A stretch of 64,000 nucleotides of DNA, from positions 5,456,001 to 5,520,000 of the forward strand of contig CM120649.1 of the NCBI GenBank assembly GCA_051362555.1. The letters are read 5' to 3'. The translations under genes and the position numbers were made by a program. This document shows, in pieces, positions 41,186-53,809 of the stretch. Origin of the DNA: Lingula anatina (taxonomy: Eukaryota; Animalia; Brachiopoda). The notes below the pieces were generated by a model. The model did not search any database and was not told the origin of the DNA. It was given only the letters and a program-made list of their open reading frames with translations. Every line of letters starts with the position of its first letter. The stretch's first letter is position 1.

Positions 41186-42287
41186 CTTGAGAAATACCAG
41201 GTACAAAACAAGTCCTTCCTTCTCCAGGTAGAGGGAAACCGTCGTCTGATTCGTGTTCGGCGCACATTCCTTTTTATAGATCCTATCTTGTTTGAAATTT
41301 CGCCATAGTAATTTTGATTTTACATAAGAGGAAAAATAAAGCCATTTCCATTTGTTTATTGACCACAAAATTGCGAAACTTGTTTTTTCAAAGTTGCATA
41401 TGATGATGAGGGGCAAATGTCAAAACCAAGATAGCGTGCATTTAGGCTGTATTTTAGATGTTGCCTCCAATACTCCATGCTAAATATAAGCTTAAGCCCA
41501 AATGTACGGGTGACATCAAATATGCAATTTTTCAATAAGAACCTCGCTGCAATAACTAGTTATATTTTGCTGAAACTTAGTAAATAAACCAAATACGCCT
41601 AAGACCACTCATTTAATCCAGGTAACTAAAATGTCGCTGCATGGCAACGTCATCCCATTGCTAAATCAACTGTTTCTCTTAAAGTTGCCATTACTAGCAA
41701 TTAGATGCCATAAATATTTAGTTGCGCGCCGTCTGGAATCTCCCTTAAACTAGCACTGCCTGGATATTTGTAAGTCTTTTAATGCTATGCCATAGCATTA
41801 CTGATACCAGCAAAATGTATACAGCTTCAAAATTACATTAAAATAAATTTGAATTACTTTGAATGTAAAATGTGCACTGGTTTACTGGTTAAAGATATCA
41901 TTTTTCAACTACGTTCTCGTTACTGGATAACATTTTAGTATTAATATCAAAAGCAAGAATCAATTTCAGGGCAACGATGTAAGATTTTTCATGAAAACTG
42001 CGATAATGTAGATCTTACAAAAAAAATCATCACCCTTCAGATTTGCTGTACTAGCAGAATTTAAAGTGCAATAGGGCATGTCAGCGCAAGATAGATTCTA
42101 CAAATTTTACCTCATAAGACTGTACATGGGTATAACCACTCAATGACTTTCAGATCGTTATGAAGTCATTACATCATCATAACGATTTGTGTTCCGTTGT
42201 TTTATAGAAAAATTGCATCAGCCGGGGTATAGAATATGATAGCTGTATGTTACCGAACTGTATCATCATCTCTGAAATGGACTCTAA

Positions 42288-42502
42288 GACTGCATTCCTA
42301 CAGATTTTAGATCGATCTATCCCCGTGGGGAGTCTCAGTAGATTGTTGTCAGCTTAGCCGGCTTAAATGTCTGTCCCGCCTACTAAAAGCTGTAAGGGGT
42401 AATTTAACTTTCGTGCGAGCTCGGCTGACAGCAATTTAGCGTGAACCCCCAAGGAGTTAGGTCGATCCAGATAGATCGATCTAAATCTGTGGGAATACAG
42501 TC
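42288..42502. mobile_element. PIF/Harbinger (Tourist-like) MITE
   Basis: TAA|GACTGCATTCCTACAGATTTTAGATCGATC ... GATCGATCTAAATCTGTGGGAATACAGTC|TAA. Confidence 0.75.
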
Positions 42503-44103
42503 TAACACCAAAAAGGCAGCTCAATATCTTTTATGGGTGAAATCTCATTAGCAAATACCTTTGACAAACAACTAAGGTGCACAGTCAAGGTTAGATAAAA
42601 ACTCCTAAATGGCTGTTTTCAGGCAAATGGTTTGGATAAATGATAAATATTTAGTGCTCATTGACTTTTTTCCTTTGCATTTACACAAGTGTCATTTTAC
42701 TGATAGCGGCATAATTTCGATTTTGGAGTGTAAATTGCAAAATCGGCTATTGCTTATATATCTCCTTTACCTTGGCATCTATGAAAATCGTGATACTTTT
42801 TAGAACTGTTCAATAAAACATTGTAATTAGAGAATCATGACTCCATAACAAAAACATTTAAACCATAGTAACACTAAAGGCAGGGGATTGTAATTCTAAC
42901 TTTTTACGACACATATGTCAATTTCCGTGAGAAACTCATCTTCAGTTAAGAAGTTACGATACTAACTGTTATCTCACCTTGAAATAAAAAGGGTATACAT
43001 TTCCCAAAAGCCCATGTACGCTAAATTTAGAATTTACTGATTGCACAGTTACGGCTATGATACGATACACGATAAAATTGCCTGTTAAGATATTTTTTAA
43101 TGCAGCCTTCTAATCTTCTGTTGATATTTCGCGAACTGCTTGCTTTCCTTTTCACATGTTGTCTGATTGCGCTCCGTAAGACTTATGGCACCCATCGCTT
43201 GTGACTGCACTGTTCAGGTGTCTCTGCTTATCACGTGACACCACAGTAGCCCCGCCCATCCCATAGCAACTGAGGCGGAGTTAAGTGATAGTATGTATTC
43301 AATTTAAAGAATTAAAATAAAAACATAAAGGGAAAGTGAACCCCTATGTCTTATTTTTCAATAAGCAAAATGGTTGAAACATTATTTGAAAAAAAAATCT
43401 TCTTTCTGGGTATTTTAGCAATCATAAACCCTGTCCGTGTACTTACATGTAGCGACTGACATGGAAGCTTGTGTAAAAATAAAGATCTTTGGACAACGTG
43501 CGCGTATATATTATTGTATTGATGAAGGTCTTAAAGGTCCGTGCTGCTTTGAATGCCTTTGGAATAATTAATTAGAAACTAATTAGAAACAAAAGATTGC
43601 AGAACACCCGATGTCTTTTAAAGTATCTGATTAATCATACTATAGACACCCCTTGTCAAATTTAAACACATTTCCATGGATGAGAGACAACGGAATAAAA
43701 AATGCCTTCCACAAAAACTGAATAATTTATTTTGTGGTTTCATTTAACGCGCGAGTGTGCATAACTTGTCGTTTACAAATGAAGACCGTTTACACTGTCA
43801 CGTGCTAAACAGATGAATTTCCTGAAAAATGGATTGGTTATTTAAATGGCCTCTAAAACGTGCTAACTATGATAATGGCAAGTTGGAGAGAGAGAGACAG
43901 AAAAATTGCCTCTTTGCATTATCTTCATTTACTTTTCATGAAATGCCAATCATTTACACTTACATTTTACATATATCACTCTCCACCTTTTTGGAATAAT
44001 CACGGGATTACCATTTTCGAAATACGCAATGTGGGCGTGGCCCGATGTTTATTTCAAGAACACGTTTTGCAATTTGGATGCTTTCATGGCTACATAACAC
44101 ACG

Positions 44104-44306
44104 TGCCACGTACACTAGACATTTGCGATAGCTTCCACTATAGAATCAACACCACACAAAGGTGTCCACTAAATTATCTTTATTTTTCAACGCACACGTG
44201 TGCCACATGACTCCACATCCAACATCTCTCTCAAAACCCCCCACTAGAGGGACGACACAATCTTACGTCTCCTCCGCAGCAACCAAGACAACCCCAATAC
44301 ACAACA
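44104..44306 (-). mobile_element. Solo LTR (203 bp)
   Basis: TG...CA termini, 5-bp target duplication ACACG (44099-44103 and 44307-44311), internal AATAAA on the - strand; empty site in the paralogous block at ~30815. Confidence 0.8.
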
Positions 44307-44677
44307 ACACGTAAAGTCATAAAGACACAAAAAGTTCAGTTCAGCAACATGTGGTGTCTTTCGACACGACCTTCATACAGTTAACACAAATATAAAATAA
44401 TGACAAACAGTAACTGTCATAACTATTATTTGATTCAATTGACGACATACAAGAGAGAAGATAAATCACTATATTGTTTTTATCGGATAAATCAGTAGGT
44501 CTATACTACAAAATTTACAAAACATTATCCCAATTTCCTACCAGCTACATCAGTGTCGTGCGTGTTTAAGTCCCCACAGTCTAGATCTACTTAAGGAATG
44601 GCTCTGTATATAAGCGTGTGGATGAGTGTTTGAGTGCGTGCATGAGCGTGCATGCGTTTACATGTGTGCATGAGCAT

Positions 44678-44714
<37 letters not shown>

Positions 44715-44756
44715 GGTACGTGTGTGTTTGTGTACGTGTGTGATATAAGCCAACGT

Positions 44757-44815
44757 TTATTTACCCCAGTGAAATCTGTAACACCAACCATAATAGTATC
44801 TGTAATAGCAAAACG
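44757..44815 (-). pseudogene. Orphan relic of a peptide exon (FCYYRYYYGWCYRFHWGK*)
   Basis: Ends GGT AAA TAA ACGTTG exactly like G5; paralog of the 31143-31195 relic; lacks the N-half, RQKR and upstream exons. Confidence 0.72.
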
Positions 44816-45098
44816 GGACCATCATACATTTAACACAGGAGACAATAATGGGAAGAAGAAGAAGAAGAATAAAATGATAATTAATATTATTATTTTTTTT
44901 TTGTTGTTTCATGTTTAATAAAACTCACCCTACTATAAGGATGGCGAGAGACTAAAGCCTGTGAAAGTACAATTAAAATGTTTCTACTTCAGTTGAAGTA
45001 CAATGCATGCATAATCGCTCATTCAGTGACATAAAGAATAATGTCCGTTTTCCAGTCTGATGGGTGCGCTTCCGCACCCATCGAAAATCCAACATGTA

Positions 45099-46483
45099 CA
45101 CACACTGGACAAAAGAAGTGTCACCCCCTAACTCAGAGTAATGAAAGTAGGCAGATCTTGGGTACTTATAATGCCTGGTCTACTTATAATGTGACTAATG
45201 AGTATAAAACCGCTATACCAAGGAATTGTATTGTTGGTCTTGTACATGTACAGCAAATGTTATTCCTGTCTTCCTCCAGTATGGCAAGATACAGGTAATT
45301 ATCTAACGGTTATAGGTGCAAGTTATTATCCTGAAGAGGCGGAATATAAGCAATGTCAGAATATCGATACAATTGAATTGTTCAGTCAGAACCGTGCAGA
45401 GGGTCTGGTCTCGGTATAGAAACACTGGATCAAGAGACAAATTGCCTCTGATGGGTCGTCCAAGAAAAAATACTGGCCGTGAAGACCGACGACTGATTTT
45501 GATGTCCAGGTTGTCAAAGTTCGACACTGCTTGTCAGTTGACAACACATTGGAACAATTTCACACATAAGAATGTATCTGTGAAAATTGCTAGGCGTCGG
45601 TTACATGCTCAGAGAGTGTACAGCAGGGTAGCAAGACTGAAACCTCTTATATCGTTACAAAACAGGCAACGTAGAGTAAACTAGGGTCAACAGGATCTGG
45701 AACTGGACAGTTCATGACAATTGGTCCTATATATTTTTTCTGATGAGTGTCGCTTTGGTCTGACCTCTGATGACAGACGGGTACTATGCTGGCAAACTGC
45801 TGGTAAAGCATTTGAACCACATGCACTGAATTTTCGAACCCGGAGCAGCATATTCATCATGGTGTGGGGCTGCATCAGCATCCATGGCTTGGGCGAATTG
45901 ATAGTGGTTAATGGAAACATGAATCACTAGAAATATATCGATGTTTTGGAGTCAGGCTTGCTACCATCTATTACTAACATGTTTGGTGAAAGGAATTATC
46001 CATCTGTTCACCAGGATGACAATGCTCCTTGTCACAGGCCCAGAGCAGTTGATGATTGGTTTGACCAACAGGAATTCGCAGGGTGATGTGGCCTGCCCAG
46101 AGTCCGGATACGAACATAATAGAAAATGTGTGGAATGATATGTCAAAATTTTTTACAAATGCCCGTCTAACCAGCAGAGAAACTCTGTTATATTCAGTGT
46201 TTCATGCTTGGGCCAGCATAAGCCCTGAACGCATCAGACAATTAAATGAATCCTTGCTTCGTAGACTGGCACCTATTATTAGGTCACGTGGCTATGCCAC
46301 TAAGTACTAATTTTGGACTTGAAACTACATATTTTGGTAGAATGTATATTTTGTTCTCATTTTGTGATTTTTTGTGAAATTTGATGTTAATAAAATGATA
46401 CCAGGAGCATATCATTCCACAGTCATTTATCTCCCCCATAGTATTGGCTCAGTAGGGGTGACACTTCTTTTGTCCAGTGTGTG
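45099..46483 (+). mobile_element. Full-length Tc1-family transposon with disabled transposase
   Basis: TIRs CACACACTGGACAAAAGAAGTGTCACCCC with TA duplication. Transposase remnants span 45281-46310: HTH region, FSDE, IMVWGCI, HQDDNAPCH, WPAQSPDTNIIENVW, with several stops and frameshifts. Empty site at ~31465. Confidence 0.93.
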
Positions 46484-47127
46484 TATATCACCGATTTTTC
46501 CATAACCTTTGGTAAAACCTAAGCAAAAAGTATGTGTTTTCTTTAGTCTTTTATTTACTTTTCAAAAATAAAGCAAACGACAAGAAAAAAAAGCATAACT
46601 TAAAGGTGCATCACTTGTAATGATCTAGGATAATGAGATAATGATTTCACTGTTGTCGTGATAACAGTTAACATATAAAAATGCTTACGTGGGCCTTATT
46701 AAGAACAAAACAGGAGAGCTGATTAAGACTTCAGAAGAAATCTTCTAAAAAAATATTCTGTATTTGTAGCATGTGGTCCCAAAATCCTTTATATGATTTA
46801 CTTTTCAACCATAATTCCAGAGAGAATGAAAAGTTTTTTCATCCATTTTTAACATCATTGATATACATAAGAAATTCCGTAAAATATAAGGTACACCTTA
46901 CCAAAAGTCAGTCCCTGTCCGTCCGACTCTTTTACTCATATTTTGAATATATAAAAAAAACAACAAATATAATCCTTACTAAAAGATGCATAACTTCGAG
47001 GATAAGTAATCTGTTGTTGATATGGTTCTGATATGTTCTTGAATTCACAAGAATTGATTATTTAATTACACTTCGCAATAATTCTTGTGATAAACCAAAA
47101 TTTCACAACGAAGTTTATTAACCCCAG

Positions 47128-47851
47128 CTAGTAGCATCTGTAACAGTAACCACGAGTGATTCTATAAAAAGAAACCCGACGAGAACCGATCTTGAAGCAA
47201 ATGCGTTGAATCCTTATGCAACGGCACCAAGAGCAAGCTCGCTTTTGGCCAATACCTACTGAAATAAAATAAAATAAAATAGAATAAAATACAATTTAAT
47301 GCCCTGTACACTCTATATACAGAGTAATTAGTGTATTTACCTACATTTTTACTGTTGTAGATATTGCATCGCGTTATGGTAAACATTACAGAGATTTATA
47401 CTGTGCGTACCTGCCGGGGTTCGGGTGCTGGCGCCATCTACTGTGTTGTCGTCCTTCTGAGAGAGCCAGTATGCCTCCAGATTCCTGCAGGATTCCTGCA
47501 TCCTGGGACTTAGGAAGGACTTGTCTTTGATCGGGGAAGTATTCACCTCGAAGCTTTTTTGGTCATCGTCATCTTCTACATCATCTGTCGTGTTCTGGAC
47601 GGTGTTCTAAAATAATAACTGTACAGGTAATTCATGTCTTGCATTATTTTCATATGTTAAAAAATCATATTTTGAAACACAATCAAAAGCATCATTTATA
47701 TATAAAGAAATAAACAAAAAGACTCAATAAATATAAAATTATTCGTACCGGTTGTTCCAAAGCGTTGGCCACGTCCTTGCTGTCAGTCTCTTCATATTTG
47801 TTCATTGGAGTCAAGTAACAAGCAAACTTGTTGCTCATTTCCATATTGTAT
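47128..47851 (-). pseudogene. G6: 5'-deleted duplicate of G4; residual peptide ACSWCRCIRIQRICFKIGSRRVSFYRITRGYCYRCY
   Basis: Exon 6 at 47258-47128, exon 5 at 47606-47411, exon 4 from 47749 broken at ~47851. There it joins sequence homologous to ~35210, so exons 1-3 and the promoter are deleted. RQKR is changed to GQKR. Confidence 0.88.
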
Positions 47852-48327
47852 TGTCATAAAAAAGTTCGCCGGACATAGGACAAATACGCCCAACACCATT
47901 TGTTCAATCAATTGATTGGTCTGGGACTGCCATGTTCAAGGGGAAGCGTAAAACGTTGGAACCTGGAAAGCTAAAATCTACTCGGCAACCATCAACATTA
48001 AAAAAGGCGATAACAGAACGTCGAGTATGAAAATCAATCGTGATTTTCATGATTGCATATAAGACCAAACAGTTTAGTTTAATAAAATCATTTCATTTCG
48101 CAGGAGAAATAAAACCGTGTATACTCGTGCGCGTGGCTCACTTTACAGCTGGTCCCACAGTTGTGGTACATGTAGTTCGTAACATAGGCTACCGTGCTTG
48201 GTGAGGGTAGCCTGTTCCATCGCTTAGGAAAGGTCATTTTTATTCGTCGCCTGAACCATTCCTCTTTGGGATAGATCACACAACGTCTTAGAACCATATG
48301 AGTGACTGTAGTCGATTCGGTAAATTC

Positions 48328-48411
<84 letters not shown>

Positions 48412-50680
48412 TTCTCCTTCTTTACACCTTACATCGTTTACTACGTTTAAAACTTTTTTGCAGTTATTATGTCCTTCGCATTGACTAATTGGTTTCTAAG
48501 GGTAGGGAATGGTTTATGGACTGTCACTTTTTTCTTTAATTATTTATGTAGTGGAGGGTTAAACGTGTTTTATCATTATTACTATCAACCCTCCCCTACC
48601 TTTATCCTCGTCCTTGGTTGTTTGTCGTGGTTTATGAAAGGACCAGGGCTCCGTATCTCGAAAGGTTCGCTATGTTGCGCACGCGTGTTAGTGTCTCGAT
48701 TCCATAACCGATTCTATTTCGAGATACGGGGCCATGAAATCGAGACACTTGCGTACGTGCAAGTGCCCAGTATGGGCAGCGACGGCTATCTGGATACTAG
48801 CACAGTTTTCAAATGTTTGCTGGTGTCCCCGAAAGATAAAAAAGATGCTTAATCACCCTTTGACGTTTGTTATACAGAATTTGAATTGCAATTGGACACC
48901 TCAGCGCTAAAAGATTAATGTGCAATTTAACATGCGAAAACATAACAACTTCAGGATACACTGTAGCCTTCATATAACCGCCTAAACCATCTAGTATTGT
49001 CACGCTTTGTTCCACTTCATAACGTTGATATTGTTCATGGGCCATTGTCAAAGCCATGGAGATGATGTATATCAATGGGTGTGTGTCATAGCTTAATAAA
49101 GTATCTAGTTCGTTCACTATTCCATTATCTTTTGTGAAAGTGTATTGTAATTGACCGGAAATGACCTCTGACACCCATTAGATACTAAGTAGTCCGTTAT
49201 CTTTTGTGGATGGAACCCTGTTGGAAAAATGCACCACAGCAAGTAAAGACCGTTAACTAAAATTAACGAAAAACCTAATGACTAACATGTAAGCTTCCGT
49301 ATATGTAACGTTTCGCTTTTGTGCAAATAGCTGTCTTTGAGCCTAGAGTTCAAAGGTTTATAAGCCCATGTTTATGAGGGAAAATAGTCAAAAAATCAAT
49401 TGTCGGATACATTTTATTTTGCTGTATTGTGTCAATGGTAATGTCACTTGTTTCTTGTGGCTAAGGCCTTTAGTCCGTTCGACCCTGCATGAATAAATAT
49501 ACATTTAATGAATTTAATGTATCTCATCAAACAAGTGCCACTCCTTAGGTACTTTAAACCTCTATGAACACAACAAAAAGGAGGAAAAATGCCTTCCACG
49601 AAAACTGAAAAAAAAGTTTGTGGTTCAATTTTACACCCCAAATAAAGACGTAAAGACTGCCAAAATGGCATGAAATCAAGTGCCCAAGGCGCTGTGATGA
49701 AGGGTTGAAAGTAGCGCGGCATAAGTCGAAAAATACATTTATCCCTTTTGAAATCGTGATTTTTAAAATACCATTACAAGAAAACACAGTGAACAGCCTA
49801 TTTCACCGAATACTAACATCTCTGATTTATGTATACGTTTTTTTTTTTTTTGTAAATAAATAAAAGCCATTAAAACACAATGATAACAACTCAGAAAAAA
49901 GTCATAGTGACTTTTACTCATTTTTTTCTAAAACAAAGCAAAAAAGAAGGCAAAAGAAGCACAACTAAAAGATGTATAAGTAACAACAATCTAGAATAAT
50001 AATTTTACTGTTGTTGACATGAGAGTTAACATACAAAAATGCACACGTGGAACTTATGAATAGCAAAACAGGGAAGCTTATTAAGAATTTCGGAAGGGAT
50101 TTTCTTTAACACCATTCTGTACGAGAACCATGCGGCCCTCATATCCTAAATATAATTTACTTTTGTAACCAGCAGTTCAGATACAATGAAAAATATTTTA
50201 CGCTGAAATCTAACACCATTGACATTTGATTCTGTAAATATAATTTAAAAAATTCCCCGAAAAATTAAAAAAAACTTTCGAAAAAGTCAGTCCTTGTTTA
50301 TCTAACTCCTTTACTCTTAAAGCAAACAACAAGAAATAAAAGCATTAATAAAAGGTGCATCACCATCTGTCATCTAGAATAATGATTTCACTGTTGTTAT
50401 TATGACAGTTAACAAACAAAAATGCATACTTAAGCTTTATGGAAAAGAAATTAAAAAAAAGAAAAAAGAAAAGAAAACGGACGCTGATTAAGAACCTCTG
50501 AAGGGATTTTCTCAAAAGTAATAGCGCATTTGTACCAAGTGACGCTTATGTAACAGTGGATTACCCCGCTTTAAAAATTCAACGTTTTGAGATATTCTTG
50601 GATTTAGTATCTAAAGCTGAAAAAGTTCTAATAACCCTATGCAGTAATCTCTGTGATAAACAAATATTTTGCCCCGACGT

Positions 50681-53082
50681 TTATCTACCGTAGCATCTGT
50701 AACACAAACGATAGTATCTGTAAAAGCAATACCGATAATAACCGTAATAGTAGCAGTAGTATCTCCAGCAATGATACCAGTAGCAAGCTCGCTTCTGGCG
50801 ATTACCTCCTGTAATATAATATAATATAATATAATATAATATAATATAATATAATATAATATAATATAATATAATAAGCGAAAATCGAGACAATGGCTCA
50901 CATTTACTGCCCCGTACATTCTATATACAAAGTAATTAATGAATTTACTGCACTGGCACTGTTGTACGTATTGCACCGAGTAACGATTAACATTTAATAG
51001 ATTAATCTTGTGCGTACCTGCCGGTGCATGGGTGCTGGCGTCATCTACAATGTTGTCGTCCTTCTGAGTAAGCCAGTATGCCTCCAGATCCTTGCAGAAT
51101 TCCTGCATTCTGGGACTAAGGAAGGACTTGTCCTTGATCGGAGAAGTGTTGACAACGAATCGCTTTTGTTCAATATCTTCATCCGTCGTATTTTCGACGG
51201 TATTCTAAAAAACATGATGGTATAGGTTAGGTTACGGTTTTAATCATACCTTGCACATGTTTAAATGCCACTTTATATATTCAAACACAGTTAGAAGTAA
51301 TGTGTATGTTAAGATGTAAACACAGATTCAAAGTCCGAATAGATATCAAGTACATCATACCGATTGTTCCAAAGCGCTGGCCACGCCCTTACTGTCAGTC
51401 TCTTCAGATTTGTTCATTGGAGTCAAGTAACAAGCAAACTTGTTGTTCATTTCCATCTTGTATACTACCAGACTCTGAAAAGATACAAAACAGGACAATA
51501 CACTGTTGCTTAAAATGATGGAATATTTCAACAGAATATTTGGGAATCCTTTTTTTCTTTTTTTTTCTCATAAAATTGATTAAAACAGGTTTTGATGTAA
51601 TATTAACATATCCAACAAAATGATTTCATTGGCATCTTAATCGCATCAAAATTGAAAGGGAGTAACTGGTAAATGTAGAAATATCACCGCATTGAATCTA
51701 GTAAATTCTACAGATCTCAGCTTAGAGGTACTTAACCTCATTTGCATATTGACGAAGTATAAGTAAATTAGCCCTTTTTTATTAGCAATTTCACAATAGA
51801 TTTAAAACCGCCTCTACCCACCCTCGAGTTGTCCATGGCAACGTGGAACTTGTCGTTGTTCACGGTGTACACGGTGATGTTGTCCTTCAGATCAACCTGA
51901 ACCTTTTCGTCAACTTTCTTCCCTTGTTTGTCGGTTAAACGGAGATGGTACTCCTGAAGAAATAATAATAATAATAATCACATTAGATGATGATGACGAT
52001 GATATCGTTAGTTTTGATTGCTCATTTCTTAGCATATAATTCCTTAGAAACCAGATCGATGCGTTTTGCAACTGAGATATTTCATGCGCGTGCTACGGTT
52101 TTTAATAAATTTGAGCTTCTAATAAAGGGATCCTTTTTTTTGTCAAAAATGATAATTAGCATAATTTTCAAATATTCTATTATTATTATTATTATTAGTG
52201 ATACAGTATATCCACCTTCCACACATCCTGTGCTGACTTGTTAGAGATGTGAACTGCTCCCAACGTTCCACCGACAGCAACAGCAACAACAACAATGACA
52301 GCAACAGCAACAATGATGTATTTCTTGTACGACGCCTTGGTCTGAAAAATAAATTAAAAGATAAATTCAAACAAAAAAGAACTTAGGATATAATATAATT
52401 CTCATCGCCAACTGTGTTGTAAATTGTTTTCGCCAATTACATTTACCATTACCAGCAAGGTAATTTCGCTAAAACATGAAAATCCCATATTAGATTTGTG
52501 TGAAAACTAACTTAAAAATCATTTAAATAACTAATCTGTTGCCATGCATGCAATTTTATCATTGAATAAGGACGTTAATTCCTTCATAAAGAAACTCGAG
52601 ATCCAGTACTCTAAAAATTAACAAATGCCGGTCGAATGTCTTTTCTAAATATATGCATAAGTCCAACTTCTTTCATTACAGAATATTTTAAAGCGTTCTA
52701 AAAATTTACCTTAGTAAAATATATGGGAGAATGAACCCCCGTCGCACATGTGTTTAAATAACATTGTCACACTTGAACTGTAGATAAAAAGCATGGTCTA
52801 TATGACAAAGCTATTTTGAATGGCTAAAAATTGGGCATTAACTGTATGAAAAAAAAAAAGGAAATTGAAAAACGGTGAATATTCACAACAAAAGCAAAGT
52901 GGATGACGCGACTCAACTGTTCACTTTTTTGAGGAATGACCCTACTTAAAGTAAAAAATTCCTGGCCTAAATATCTTCAAAGTGGATAGACTTACCTCAG
53001 GACCGTCACGTCCAGAGGACCCACCATCTGTGATGACAGTCACGCCTGGCTCGGCAGACTTTTCACTGACAGTTGGCAGCAT
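50681..53082 (-). CDS. BRICHOS-domain precursor G7 (257 aa); predicted mature peptide ACYWYHCWRYYCYYYGYYRYCFYRYYRLCYRCYGR (35 aa, 6 Cys, 15 Tyr, GR amidation signal)
   Basis: Exons 53082-52996, 52341-52216, 51953-51822, 51474-51361, 51204-51018, 50808-50681; GT-AG, open frame, RQKR, TATA at 53185-53192. Confidence 0.92.
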
Positions 53083-53809
53083 CTTGAAAGCAATCAAGAT
53101 TCGTCTAGCAGAGAGCAGCACTCAAGGTTTTACTTTTTCCGACCGGTCGAGTTCGCCGTTTGCTTCGAGCTGGGCGTACTCTCCTTTTTATAGCTGCCAT
53201 CACGGCGAGAGATTTTTCAGGAACAAGTTTTCGATACAAAAGAACAATGTCTTCCAAGTTTTTAAGCAGAAATAAACACGCTTTCATATGTTGATGTGGT
53301 GGGAAAGTTTTCGACAACCAAAAAAAAAGATGAAAACCCTAAGCATTTTTTAACTATCTTATCAATGGTTGGGTAATTTTAACAAGCATTCACACGATAC
53401 AAAAGGTGAAATAAACCAACGAAAAGTGATCTTTGTCAAACAAGTTTTCCATGCAAAAGATGGAACGTCTTCCAAGTTTTTAAGCAGAAAAAAACGCGCT
53501 TTCATATGTTGCTCTTAAGAATATGACAGCGAAGAAGAAATGCTAAAAACCGTAAGTATCTGACCAATTGTTAGGTAAATTAAACAACACGACACAAAAG
53601 GTGTAAAATTCATTCTTTCAAGAAAACTAGAAAATTTGTTTTTCTTATTTTGCTGAAGACTTGATAGTTTCATTTTTTCAATTAAATTTTATCGGTTGAT
53701 AATGTAATCGAGCTCTGTCCTTTAATGCACAAGTAAGGCCTGTACTTCTCCGACTTATGGAGAGAGTCAAGTATTGAGCATTGGTCAGTTCATTTGTTAC
53801 ACCCTTCTA

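Noticed and set aside
48586-48940. ~350-bp segment absent from the paralogous block near 36030
   Set aside because: Has small hairpins but no clear termini or target duplication, so it cannot be classified.
50611-51108. 165-aa ORF reading from G7 exon 5 through intron 5
   Set aside because: It passes through the microsatellite (YYIIL repeats) and is not conserved in paralogs; a chance open intron.
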